Of a stretch of DNA of 46,353 bases, positions 1 through 8,732 are shown piece after piece. How positions within the stretch are numbered: the stretch's first letter is position 1; every line of letters begins with the position of its first letter. The DNA comes from Clostridia bacterium (GTDB taxonomy: Bacteria; Bacillota; Clostridia; Christensenellales; UBA1242). Location: NCBI GenBank assembly GCA_017444895.1, contig JAFSVR010000025.1, positions 1 to 46,353 of the forward strand, given 5' to 3'. The notes below the pieces were generated by a model, which was given only the letters and a program-made list of their open reading frames with translations, ran no database searches and was not told where the DNA came from. The translations under genes were made by a program, and so were the position numbers.

Positions 1-494
1 GAAGAACCTGTTCCAAAACCATAATAAAAATCTTTGTCTTTTGAACCGCTTTTCTTTTCTTCATCGTCTTGTTCAAAGCGGTCTTTCATCTCTGCGATAC
101 GTCTTTCAATTTCTTCCTCTGTTGGAAGAGGAGCCTTCGTGGAATCAGCAAATGAAGAATCTATATTATCTTCAGCACCATTCTCTTCAACATATTTCCT
201 ATATAATGCATCTTTATCTTGTTCAACTGAATCTTTTTGTTCGTTATTGGCAGATTCTTCATCTTCAAAAACACGAACAACAGATGCCCCTTCAGCATTT
301 TTTGACGTTTTGATTTTTTTGATTTTCACCCTTTTTGGCCTTATCTTTTCCTTGCTAACTTCAAAGGTTGGCTCATGCGGAGTTTCTTTTTTCTTCTCTT
401 CCTTTTTTTTGCCTTTGAAACTGTTAACACTGATTATTGCCCATATAGTGAAAACTGCAAATATAACAACAAGCCCAATGTAAAAATAAATCAT
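1..494 (-). CDS. Partial membrane-anchored charged protein downstream of floA (YqfB-like position); 3' end runs off the window
   Basis: Not in the ORF track. ATG at 494 after an AAGGAG RBS; reads MIYFYIGLVVIFAVFTIWAIISVNSFKGKKKEEKK... with one N-terminal TM helix then an E/K/D-rich region, open to the window edge. Confidence 0.75.
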   Translation of the reverse strand, partial: MIYFYIGLVVIFAVFTIWAIISVNSFKGKKKEEKKKETPHEPTFEVSKEKIRPKRVKIKKIKTSKNAEGASVVRVFEDEESANNEQKDSVEQDKDALYRKYVEENGAEDNIDSSFADSTKAPLPTEEEIERRIAEMKDRFEQDDEEKKSGSKDKDFYYGFGTGS

Positions 495-506
495 ACAAAC
501 TCCTTA

Positions 507-1529
507 TTATTGTGGTTTGTTAGTTTTCTTTGTGTCTTCCTCTTTGCCAAGTGCTTTGCGCATACTAGTATCAGCTTGCAAGTTTTGCAGTTCATAATAG
601 TCCATAACGCTCATCTTGCCTTCTTGAAGAGCCTTTGCCATTGCCTTTGGAACATCGGCCTCAGCCTTCAATAATTCTGCTTGCATTTCTTGAACTTTCG
701 CCTTCATTTCTTGCTCATGGGCAACTGCCATACTTCTTCTTTCTTCGGCCTTTGCCTCACTTATCTTCTTTTGAGCAATAGCCTTGTCTATTTCAAGCCT
801 TGCACCAATATTAACACCAACGTCAATATCCGCGATATCAATTGAAAGAATTTCATAAGCCGTGCCACTATCAAGGCCCTTGCTCAGAACTGTTGCACTA
901 ATAAGATCTGGGTTTTCAAGCACGATTTTATGCGAATCTGCCGAGCCAACCGTTGTAACGATACCCTCACCAACACGGGCAATAATAGTATCCTCGCCGG
1001 CTCCGCTTATTTGCCTATGAATATTAGACGTAACCGTAACTTTTGCCTTAACCATAAGCTCAACCCCATCTTTTGCAACTGCGCTGATGAGCGGTGTTTC
1101 TATAACCTTAGGAACAACACTTGTTCTAATTGCTTCATAAACATCACGGCCTGCAAGATCAATCGCCTTTGCAGTTTGAAGGCTGATATCAATGTTGGCT
1201 GAATGCGCACTGATCAACGCCTTAACAACCCTATCAACATTTCCGCCTGCCATATAGTGTGTTTCAAGATCGTCAATGGTAAGTTTAAGACCTGCCTTTT
1301 TTGCAGAAATATACGATAAAACAATATCGTTAACCTTAACCTTTCTAACCTTCATGCCGATCAATCGTTTCATTGAAACGTGAGATCCAGAAACAAGAGC
1401 CCTGAACCAAAGCTTCAAAGGAACAACTGCAAGCAAAACAATGAGCAAGAATAAAACAACAACCCCAAGAATGCTGAGGCCAACAATAAGTCCTGTGCTC
1501 ATCGCCAAATAATTAAGTGGATTAAACAT
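507..1529 (-). CDS. floA: Flotillin-like SPFH protein FloA (YqfA/UPF0365)
   Basis: [53 protein letters not shown] and AKAEERR motifs; GGAGG RBS. Confidence 0.93.
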   Translation of the reverse strand: MFNPLNYLAMSTGLIVGLSILGVVVLFLLIVLLAVVPLKLWFRALVSGSHVSMKRLIGMKVRKVKVNDIVLSYISAKKAGLKLTIDDLETHYMAGGNVDRVVKALISAHSANIDISLQTAKAIDLAGRDVYEAIRTSVVPKVIETPLISAVAKDGVELMVKAKVTVTSNIHRQISGAGEDTIIARVGEGIVTTVGSADSHKIVLENPDLISATVLSKGLDSGTAYEILSIDIADIDVGVNIGARLEIDKAIAQKKISEAKAEERRSMAVAHEQEMKAKVQEMQAELLKAEADVPKAMAKALQEGKMSVMDYYELQNLQADTSMRKALGKEEDTKKTNKPQ

Positions 1530-1603
1530 ATTTCCCCTCCGTTTAACTTATATCATGTATATTATAACATACAAAATACAATATTGCAAGTGTAAGATGT
1601 TTT

Positions 1604-2443
1604 TTAGCGCAAAATATCATAAGAACGCGCGCCATAAAACAAATATTGTTGCGCAAAACCGGCATTGCAACCAAATCTTTCAACCAAATCTTTTGCCATT
1701 TGTGGGCGGGTTTTTGCCCCACAATCATAAAACTTTCTATATACCTTTTCTGACCATGTGTCAACTGGAAAAACATCTCCCCTATTAAATCCAAACAACA
1801 AAATACAATCTGCAACTTTTGGTCCAACGCCAGATAACTTAATCAACCAATTACGCAGTTCGTTTGTATCCATTTTTGAAATGGCCTCAAAATCTACATT
1901 TTCAAGTTGTCTTGAAAGTTTGAAAAGATATCCCGCCCTATATCCAGCACCCAAAGAATAAAACACCGCTTCATTTAGCTTGGCAAAATCTTTTCTGGTT
2001 GGAAAAGCATGGTAGTTGCCCATATTCTTCCCAGCAACCACGCAAAGTTGTTCAATAATCTTCTGAATGCGTTTAATGTTGTTATTGGCGCTTATAACAA
2101 ACGAAACAATAACTTCAAAAATATCTTGCCTTAATATCCTTATTCCGCTTCCAAATGGCAAAACTTTTGCTAAAACGCCGTCTTTTTTTAATTCATTTTT
2201 TATTACTGAATAATCCCTTCCCATGTCAAAATAATCTGCAAAATATTGAGGCGTTTTTGAAATTATCTCAATATTATTGCCATTTTCAACTATTTTTGCG
2301 CTTTTTTCACAACTATACACAATATAATTCCCATCGGCATCTTTTCTATATCTAAAGACTTGTCCACACTCTAAAATATGCTGCGCCGAAAAGTCTTCAC
2401 GCCCATAAACAACAATCCTATCATCTTTTATTTCGTATTTCAT
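1604..2443 (-). CDS. 8-oxoguanine DNA glycosylase (Ogg1-type, HhH-GPD)
   Basis: LECGQVFR N-domain, RILRQD..EVIVSFVISANNNIKRI, HhH LSGVGPKVADCILLF, FPVDTW, GFAQQYLF. Confidence 0.9.
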   Translation of the reverse strand: MKYEIKDDRIVVYGREDFSAQHILECGQVFRYRKDADGNYIVYSCEKSAKIVENGNNIEIISKTPQYFADYFDMGRDYSVIKNELKKDGVLAKVLPFGSGIRILRQDIFEVIVSFVISANNNIKRIQKIIEQLCVVAGKNMGNYHAFPTRKDFAKLNEAVFYSLGAGYRAGYLFKLSRQLENVDFEAISKMDTNELRNWLIKLSGVGPKVADCILLFGFNRGDVFPVDTWSEKVYRKFYDCGAKTRPQMAKDLVERFGCNAGFAQQYLFYGARSYDILR

Positions 2444-2508
2444 TCTAACACCTTTTTGCTTGAATTTTTTTCACAAATATTATATCATTATGCGAGAGGA
2501 TTTGTTAA

Positions 2509-3111
2509 GTGCTTTTTGTATATTCAAAGTTCAAAGGAAGTTATTGGGAAAACTACGAGCCAGAAAAACGGCTCGCAATTTTGCAAGCCGTTGAAAAAAA
2601 GATGGCAAGAAAGACTCACCGAGAAATTGTTCCCGTTATCGTCAACAACACATTCCCAGACACCTTACTGGGCGCTTTCCAAACCCGAGGAAGAACAAAA
2701 GCAATTTTTATTAACCCCATCCTCTTAACCGAACACTCTCTCCGATTTCATGCGCTTGAAACAATTATTCATGAGGGGCGCCACGCCTATCAATGTATGG
2801 TTATCAAAGGCAAGATAAGCCCCCTTAACTTCAAAGCAAAGGAATGGAAACGTAACTATTCAGGATATTTTTCTGCGAACGAAGACAAAACGCTTTATTC
2901 ATATCAATCTATTGAGCGAGATGCCCAGCGCTTCACAATAAAAATGCTCAAAAGGCTAGCCTTTAAGTATCGCAATGAAGAAGCTTTTGCCCAGACGCTT
3001 GAAAACAACATAGCCAGATATGAACAAGCCGAACTAGACGCAAGAAAAGAATTTGGCCTGTTCTATAAACACAAGATCAACAAACGAATAAAACAAAAAA
3101 GCGGAAGATAA
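2509..3111 (+). CDS. Putative zincin metallopeptidase (HExxH), basic, function unknown
   Basis: TIIHEGRHAYQ plus downstream YQSIERDA third-ligand-like motif; GAGGA RBS before GTG. Confidence 0.65.
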   Translation: MLFVYSKFKGSYWENYEPEKRLAILQAVEKKMARKTHREIVPVIVNNTFPDTLLGAFQTRGRTKAIFINPILLTEHSLRFHALETIIHEGRHAYQCMVIKGKISPLNFKAKEWKRNYSGYFSANEDKTLYSYQSIERDAQRFTIKMLKRLAFKYRNEEAFAQTLENNIARYEQAELDARKEFGLFYKHKINKRIKQKSGR

Positions 3112-3118
3112 AACGTTT

Positions 3119-3150
3119 AAAAAAAACAGGGGCCCACCCCCTGTTTTTTT
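3119..3150. terminator. Bidirectional intrinsic terminator
   Basis: A-tract-CAGGGG-CCCAC-CCCCTG-T-tract between convergent genes. Confidence 0.85.
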
Positions 3151-3784
3151 AGAAGTTCATTTCCCCGTCTGTTTCTTTTGTTATTTCAATCTTAGAAGAA
3201 TCAGGAACCAAACCTTCTTGTTTAAGTTTGGCCATTTCCTTCGCAATTTCATCCTCAAACGCCTCATCTTGTTGAACTGGCTCAGTGGTATCAAGAACTA
3301 AAGGCTCTGATTCAACAACTGGCTGTTCAGCCTCCTCAACTGAAACCGTTTGTGGCTGCAAATCTTCACTTTCTAAGCCCTGCTGCATATCACTAACCAC
3401 GGCATCAATCTCAGAATCCAAACCACTATCGTTAATTTGAACATCTTCTTGATCTTCACCATTTTCAGGCAGAACGCTTTCAGTTTCAGCAACTTCGGCC
3501 TCAACTGGAACCTGAACAGTTTCTTCATCTGGTTTCTCTTCGCCGCGCGCTTCCTCATTTGCAATCTCATCTAAAACACTAGACTCTTGTTTTATTACCA
3601 CTTCTTCAACTTCATTTGAAGCAACCTCATCAGCCGATATATCTCGACCTTTAATCATATTGCTAATTTTGTAATCCTCATAATCAATCTCTGCGCAAGA
3701 ACAAAACTCACCAACAAGCGAATTACAAACATCCTGCATTTTATTCAAATTACCGGTTACGGAAGCTAATTCTACGCTATTCAC
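3149..3784 (-). CDS. Highly acidic, probably disordered hypothetical protein
   Basis: 211-aa ORF rich in E/D/V/S; AAAGGGG RBS before GTG; perfect promoter upstream. Confidence 0.75.
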   Translation of the reverse strand: MNSVELASVTGNLNKMQDVCNSLVGEFCSCAEIDYEDYKISNMIKGRDISADEVASNEVEEVVIKQESSVLDEIANEEARGEEKPDEETVQVPVEAEVAETESVLPENGEDQEDVQINDSGLDSEIDAVVSDMQQGLESEDLQPQTVSVEEAEQPVVESEPLVLDTTEPVQQDEAFEDEIAKEMAKLKQEGLVPDSSKIEITKETDGEMNF

Positions 3785-3813
3785 AATCGTTCCCCTTTAA
3801 TTTTACTAAAATT

Positions 3814-3842
3814 ATTATAATTCTTAAGCATTTTTATGTCAA
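3814..3842 (-). promoter_or_regulatory. Consensus sigma-A promoter for the acidic protein gene
   Basis: TTGACA-17 nt-TATAAT on the minus strand. Confidence 0.8.
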
Positions 3843-3858
3843 TAAAATTTAGCCAATG

Positions 3859-3880
3859 AAAAAGGCGTTCAACGAACGCC
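3859..3880 (-). terminator. Terminator after rpmA
   Basis: GGCGTTC-GTT-GAACGCC-TTTTT on the minus strand. Confidence 0.75.
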
Positions 3881-3890
3881 CTAATTTTCA

Positions 3891-4166
3891 TTATTCAGCA
3901 TAAACTGAAACTTTTTGTCTGTCTTTATCATAAGCCTCAAACTTAACAACACCATCAATTGTTGCAAACAAAGTATCATCTTTTCCAATCATAACATTGT
4001 TGCCTGGATGGAATTTTGTTCCACGTTGACGAACCAAGATGTTTCCAGCAAGAACCTTCTCGCCAGCAAACTTCTTAACGCCAAGCCTTTGAGCATTACT
4101 ATCACGGCCGTTTTTTGTTGAACCGCCACCTTTCTTATGAGCAAACAGTTGTATATTAATAAACAT
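3891..4166 (-). CDS. rpmA: 50S ribosomal protein L27 with Prp-cleaved N-terminal extension
   Basis: [23 protein letters not shown]...RLGVK...RQRGTK. Confidence 0.98.
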   Translation of the reverse strand: MFINIQLFAHKKGGGSTKNGRDSNAQRLGVKKFAGEKVLAGNILVRQRGTKFHPGNNVMIGKDDTLFATIDGVVKFEAYDKDRQKVSVYAE

Positions 4167-4167
4167 A

Positions 4168-4497
4168 CTACCTTACCTCCAAATCAATAAAATCTGAAAA
4201 ACCTTCAACCAAATCGCTAATTCCACACATCATTGTATCCAGAATTGCATTGGTTTTGATCAGCTCTTCGCCATCAAGATCTTTCTGTACACTAAATTTC
4301 AGATAACCCTTTTCATCATCACGTTCAAGTTGAACATCAATTTTGGCAACAGCCAAAAGACCAAGGAGCGCGGTTTGAACCACACTAGACAGCGAAGCAC
4401 AAACGATATCTTCGCCATACACTCCATAGCCGGTGTGGCCATCACACTCAACCTCAACAATCCGATTATTCAGTTTTGTTATTCTAACTTTTGTCAT
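4168..4497 (-). CDS. prp: Ribosomal-processing cysteine protease Prp (YsxB)
   Basis: GHTGYG...DIVCASLS catalytic His/Cys motif; lies between rplU and rpmA. Confidence 0.95.
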   Translation of the reverse strand: MTKVRITKLNNRIVEVECDGHTGYGVYGEDIVCASLSSVVQTALLGLLAVAKIDVQLERDDEKGYLKFSVQKDLDGEELIKTNAILDTMMCGISDLVEGFSDFIDLEVR

Positions 4498-4499
4498 AC

Positions 4500-4805
4500 C
4501 TATTCGATTGACACAACCATCAACTTAGTGTAAGGCTGACGGTGGCCTTGTTTTTTGCGTTCATTTTTCTTAGCTTTATATTTGAAAACAACAATCTTGT
4601 CTTCTTTGCCATGCTCAAGAACTTCGCAAACAACTTTAGCATTTTTAACAACTGGGCTTCCAACTGAAACCTTGCCATCTTTTTCTTTCAAAAGACATTT
4701 GAGTTCAACAGTTGAACCAACTTCAGCATCAAGTTTTTCTGTGTAAAAATATTTACCAGCTTCAACTTTATACTGTTTTCCGCCCACTTCAACAATTGCG
4801 TACAT
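4500..4805 (-). CDS. rplU: 50S ribosomal protein L21
   Basis: [14 protein letters not shown]...[10 protein letters not shown]. Confidence 0.98.
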   Translation of the reverse strand: MYAIVEVGGKQYKVEAGKYFYTEKLDAEVGSTVELKCLLKEKDGKVSVGSPVVKNAKVVCEVLEHGKEDKIVVFKYKAKKNERKKQGHRQPYTKLMVVSIE

Positions 4806-4812
4806 ACTTTTT

Positions 4813-4884
4813 CCTCCTCTTCTCCAGTCTCACTGCCCTAGGTGTTGAAACATCAATCTTTGTTACCCTTCGCATGTGGCACGC
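4813..4884 (-). promoter_or_regulatory. L21 leader-like cis-regulatory RNA
   Basis: 5' UTR of rplU reads CCACA..AGGGT...ACACCT..GCAGTGAGACT..GGAGG, resembling the Firmicute L21 leader; promoter TTGACA-17-TATTAT at 4917-4889. Confidence 0.6.
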
Positions 4885-4913
4885 CAAAATAATAGCACAC
4901 ACAAAAAACTTTG

Positions 4914-5888
4914 TCAAGGGGATTTATATATATTATTTATATATCCAAGAACTTCTTTGACCCCATCAACCACGCCAACTGCCTCAACATAATCTAATAG
5001 CTGTTTCTCGGAAATTTGTCCCAACACATTAAACTCATCATCACAAACAAGAAAAATTGCATAATAATTTGAACAAACCAATCTCATCATTTTGGCTACG
5101 CTTTGAGCACAACTAATCATGAACGCTTTAACCACAAGACCATGGCTTGCTTTTTTAAGTTTACCCGCCCCAGCAAGACAACGATGATAAACCGTCTTTT
5201 TGTCCTCATCAAAAACACTTAACAAAAGCATAAAAGCAAAAACAGCAATTGAAAAGTTAAAACTTTTCCCAACCAAAAACACAAACAAAACAAAAAGCAT
5301 CAACGAAAAAATCACAGTTATTACTTTAACAATACTAACTGCTTTTCCTCGTGACAAATCCTTGCTTAAAACCGCCAATACAACACGTCCACCATCAAGA
5401 GGAAATACTGGCAACAAATTAATCAACCCAACCCCTAAATTTGCAAGCATAAAATACTGCGTGCTTTCATACATCGTTGGAGCCACCCACCACACGCACA
5501 CGCACAGCACACACATCAAAAGATTAAACAACGGTCCCGCCAAACTTATAACAAATTCGTCAACAGTTCCAAAAGCATCATCTTCTGCATACAAAACCGC
5601 ACCATACGGCATCAATTTTATTTTCTCGCAAACATAACCAAGTTTTTTTGCAACAAAAAAATGCGCCAACTCATGAAGAAGCAAAACAATTGAATAAACA
5701 ACAAGATACTTCCACACCCCAGCAACAAAAGAAACAACAAAAACAACAAGAAAAAGGGGATGAATTTGAAACTTCAAATTCTGCAAAAATTTTATTATGT
5801 TTTGAAAATTTTTGACTATTTTTTGTTTTTTGTTGTAGTTTTGCAGTTTTTTTGCAAAACTTGTTTTACAAACAGAGTCGGCCATCAA
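4914..5888 (-). CDS. spoIVFB: SpoIVFB-like site-2 (M50) intramembrane metalloprotease
   Basis: IHPLF, HELAH, AGPLFN, NLLPVFPLDGGR, CBS-like tail; canonical position upstream of rplU; true start probably downstream of 5888. Confidence 0.85.
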   Translation of the reverse strand: MMADSVCKTSFAKKLQNYNKKQKIVKNFQNIIKFLQNLKFQIHPLFLVVFVVSFVAGVWKYLVVYSIVLLLHELAHFFVAKKLGYVCEKIKLMPYGAVLYAEDDAFGTVDEFVISLAGPLFNLLMCVLCVCVWWVAPTMYESTQYFMLANLGVGLINLLPVFPLDGGRVVLAVLSKDLSRGKAVSIVKVITVIFSLMLFVLFVFLVGKSFNFSIAVFAFMLLLSVFDEDKKTVYHRCLAGAGKLKKASHGLVVKAFMISCAQSVAKMMRLVCSNYYAIFLVCDDEFNVLGQISEKQLLDYVEAVGVVDGVKEVLGYINNIYKSP

Positions 5889-6471
5889 CCACCTTTAGCC
5901 CCTCAACAGGCTTGTTTTTATGCGTAATTTTAAGTTCAATTATGCTTGCAAGTGCAATCCCAATTTCATCTCCTTTTTTAAGTTTGTTTGAAATTTTAAC
6001 ACCAACATTATCCAGCCCTATTAGGCTAACATTAATATTAAACCCACAATCTAAAACAACCGTGTGTTTTGTTCCATCAAGAATAATATCCGCAACACGG
6101 CTTGGATACGGACACCTCACAAGAACCTCACCATTGCCTTCAACAAAAATTTGTTTATTTTCATTCATGGAAACAACGCCATTTTCAAACGGCATATCAT
6201 AATCAATGCTAACCATACTCATAACCTCCAAGTAATTTTCTTCCTCAGTTGAAACAAACTTAATTTTCCCAACCTGCTCTTCACTTGAATAATATGAAAC
6301 GAGTCTTTTTGCATATGTCCCAACCAGTGAACTCTCAAGCGTTATTCCTAGCAAATTGAGTGAAACAACAAGCATTAAAAAAACAGACAAAACATTAATA
6401 CTCTTTTGCCTAGTATTTTTGTTTGGGTTTTGCCTGCTTTTGCACACTGCGTTTTTTACATTTCTATACAC
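5866..6471 (-). CDS. SpoIVFA-like protein (one TM plus degenerate LytM/M23 domain)
   Basis: Immediately upstream of spoIVFB; C-terminal V..PYPSRV...LKKGDEIG pattern of the M23 fold without HxxxD/HxH; probable GTG start at 6471 behind a sigma-E-like promoter. Confidence 0.55.
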   Translation of the reverse strand: MYRNVKNAVCKSRQNPNKNTRQKSINVLSVFLMLVVSLNLLGITLESSLVGTYAKRLVSYYSSEEQVGKIKFVSTEEENYLEVMSMVSIDYDMPFENGVVSMNENKQIFVEGNGEVLVRCPYPSRVADIILDGTKHTVVLDCGFNINVSLIGLDNVGVKISNKLKKGDEIGIALASIIELKITHKNKPVEGLKVVDGRLCL

Positions 6472-6476
6472 ATTAA

Positions 6477-6504
6477 AGTTTATGTTCAACGCTTTTGTTT
6501 ATGC
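6477..6504 (-). promoter_or_regulatory. Sigma-E-like promoter of the spoIVF operon
   Basis: GCATA-15 nt-CATAAACT; spoIVF is sigma-E-dependent in B. subtilis. Confidence 0.6.
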
Positions 6505-6735
6505 TCAATATTCCAGTCGCTTTATATCTGTTGCTTCGGCTTCAATTCTAACCTTATACTTCCCATTTTTGTTCATAAAAACATCAACCTGTGGATCACA
6601 AGCAATATCCATAAAATTGCTAAGAGTTGCCCCAACTTCCGCAGACAGTGCAACGGCAAGTTTAGTTGGATATAATGCCTTTGTCAGGCTTAACGCCGTT
6701 TTTATTCGGTTTTCGATTTGTTCATCTTGCCTCAT
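6505..6735 (-). CDS. minE: Divergent MinE-like topological specificity factor
   Basis: 76 aa directly after minD; ENRIKTAL...EVGATLSNFMDI aligns by eye to the MinE pattern KERLKLVL...EIIKVISNYMEI. Confidence 0.55.
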   Translation of the reverse strand: MRQDEQIENRIKTALSLTKALYPTKLAVALSAEVGATLSNFMDIACDPQVDVFMNKNGKYKVRIEAEATDIKRLEY

Positions 6736-6737
6736 AG

Positions 6738-7529
6738 TTATGCCCCCTTTTTTATTTTTGCCCTGATTTTGCCGATCAGCCCCCTATATTTTGAAAGATA
6801 ATCAAACACAAGGGTTTTTCCATACATAACATTTTGAGCAAAACTTTTTAACGCACATCTCATTGCTTCTGAACTCTCACAAACAGTTGTCAGGTTCCCA
6901 TTTGTTATGCAACCATCACTCTCTGGTATAACCCCAACAACATGCGTCTGCAATATATCTTCGATTTGCTTTTCATTAAGCATCTGTCCACACGCAACCA
7001 AATCTCCACGAATTCTATTTATAATCAATCCAATATCTTTCTGATTTTGTGAAATAAGATAGTTTTTTACAATGCTAGCGTCTTTTAAGCTAAAAATTGA
7101 TGGACAAACAACAATAAAAGCCTCACTTGCCAATTGAACACCAAGTTTGAATGCTGGTGACAACCCTGCCGAACAATCAAAAATCAAATAATCAAATATG
7201 GCACTGAGCTTCATTATAGTTTCTTTAATTTGGTCTTCATCATAGCAATCAAATGAAACCTTGTTTGTGGATAGAAAATAAAAGTTTCCCTTTTCTGAAA
7301 CTTGCGTTAGTGCCTGCCTCAACTTGCACCTTCCACTCAAATAATCATAAAGGTCATAAACTATTTTCCCTTCAACCCCAAGTGCCAAATCAAGATTATT
7401 AAGCGCAAAATCAAAATCAACAACACAAACGCTTGCTCCAAGCTCTGCAAGCATCTCCCCAAGCCCAGCACTTATCGTTGTTTTTCCAACACCACCTTTC
7501 CCGCTTGCAATCAAAATTCGCCTTGCCAT
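6738..7529 (-). CDS. minD: Septum site-determining ATPase MinD
   Basis: SGKGGVGKTT deviant Walker A, NLDLALG, IVYDL, DCSAG, C-terminal amphipathic GLIGKIRAKI; ATG 7529 after GGAGG. Confidence 0.9.
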   Translation of the reverse strand: MARRILIASGKGGVGKTTISAGLGEMLAELGASVCVVDFDFALNNLDLALGVEGKIVYDLYDYLSGRCKLRQALTQVSEKGNFYFLSTNKVSFDCYDEDQIKETIMKLSAIFDYLIFDCSAGLSPAFKLGVQLASEAFIVVCPSIFSLKDASIVKNYLISQNQKDIGLIINRIRGDLVACGQMLNEKQIEDILQTHVVGVIPESDGCITNGNLTTVCESSEAMRCALKSFAQNVMYGKTLVFDYLSKYRGLIGKIRAKIKKGA

Positions 7530-7580
7530 AATCTCCCTCCGCACGCCTATTCTAGGGCAAACCAGTCTCTTGAAACAACC

Positions 7581-7614
7581 AAAAAAATAAGACATATTGC
7601 CAGAATATGTCTTA
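7581..7614 (-). terminator. Terminator between the mreB-like gene and minD
   Basis: TAAGACATATT-CTGGC-AATATGTCTTA-TTTTTTT. Confidence 0.75.
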
Positions 7615-7634
7615 CCTTTTAACTTTATTAAACA

Positions 7635-8651
7635 TTAAATATTAATCAAAACTTTTTTAAGCAGGTCTGGGTTATCAAGCAATTCTGCACACCCAACAAT
7701 GTCTAAATCTTCAGCGTTATCTGTTCCCCTAACAGGAATGTTAAGTTTTGTTTTGAAATATTTTTCAAGCCCCGTGATTTTACTATCTCCACCAACAAAC
7801 GTGATTCCTCTTTTTGCAATTTCTGCGCACACTTCTGGCGAACACGTATTAAGCACACTAACAATGCTATCAGCAATTTTAGCATAATAATGCTCAACCG
7901 CTGGATAAATATCAGATGAAACAATAATTTGTTTTTTTGCTTCTCTTGTTATTGCATCTTGACCGCTAACTAACACTTCATTGCTGTCTGTGGCATATAG
8001 GCTTCCAATTTCTTTTTTGATTTTCTCTGCACTGCTATCACCAACAATAAAGTTGAATTTTGCAATGAGCTGTTGTTCAATTGCCTTATCAATATTTCCG
8101 CCACCCATTCCAACATTGATTCCATTGATTAGCATTGTTTGAGAAATAACAGCAATGTCCGTGCATCCACCACCAACCCCAACAAACATATTTGTTGCAT
8201 CAGATGAAATATCAGTTCCATAACCAATTGCTGAGCAAATGATAGACGGGATTAAAATAACGTCATTAATTCCGGCATGGTAACAAGTTTGCTCAAACAC
8301 CAACTTCTCAGCCAGGGTTATTCCAAGTGGAACACAAACAATTGCCCTTATATTTGGCTTAAATAATTTCCTTGGACAAATCTTTTCAATAAACATTTTA
8401 AGCATCTTTGTTGCAAGTTCAGAATCTGTTATAACCCCTTCATTAATCGGAGAAACAACAGTTGTTAAGCTCTCTTCACCAAGTTTGCCATATAGTTTTT
8501 TTGCTTCAAGACCAACGGCACAAACCTCTTTATCCCTTGATGCTCCATTAATTGCAACAAGGCTTGGCTCTTTAAGCAAAAAACCATCATTTTGTTTATA
8601 TATGGTTGTGGTTTTTGTTCCCATCTTAATTGCCAGCATAATTGTTCCCAT
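7635..8651 (-). CDS. Divergent MreB/Mbl-family actin homologue
   Basis: EPSLVAI, SPINEGVITD, VPLGIT..EK, AEKIKKEIGS, GITFVGG retained; phosphate motifs altered (see findings). Confidence 0.85.
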   Translation of the reverse strand: MGTIMLAIKMGTKTTTIYKQNDGFLLKEPSLVAINGASRDKEVCAVGLEAKKLYGKLGEESLTTVVSPINEGVITDSELATKMLKMFIEKICPRKLFKPNIRAIVCVPLGITLAEKLVFEQTCYHAGINDVILIPSIICSAIGYGTDISSDATNMFVGVGGGCTDIAVISQTMLINGINVGMGGGNIDKAIEQQLIAKFNFIVGDSSAEKIKKEIGSLYATDSNEVLVSGQDAITREAKKQIIVSSDIYPAVEHYYAKIADSIVSVLNTCSPEVCAEIAKRGITFVGGDSKITGLEKYFKTKLNIPVRGTDNAEDLDIVGCAELLDNPDLLKKVLINI

Positions 8652-8702
8652 AGTATATTACCTCAAGTTTATTATACACCATTAAATATTAAATTTGCAA
8701 AG

Positions 8703-8730
8703 AAAAAACTGGCACACTCGCCAGTTTTTT
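8703..8730 (-). terminator. Terminator after the ppx-like gene
   Basis: AAAAAACTGGC-N6-GCCAGTTTTTT inverted repeat. Confidence 0.8.
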
Positions 8731-8732
8731 GT

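Noticed and set aside
5780-5870. Low-complexity A/T tracts with TTTTGCAAAA-type palindromes, also seen at 22327-22366
   Set aside because: Short and AT-rich, with no consistent spacing or unit length; not a repeat family or CRISPR
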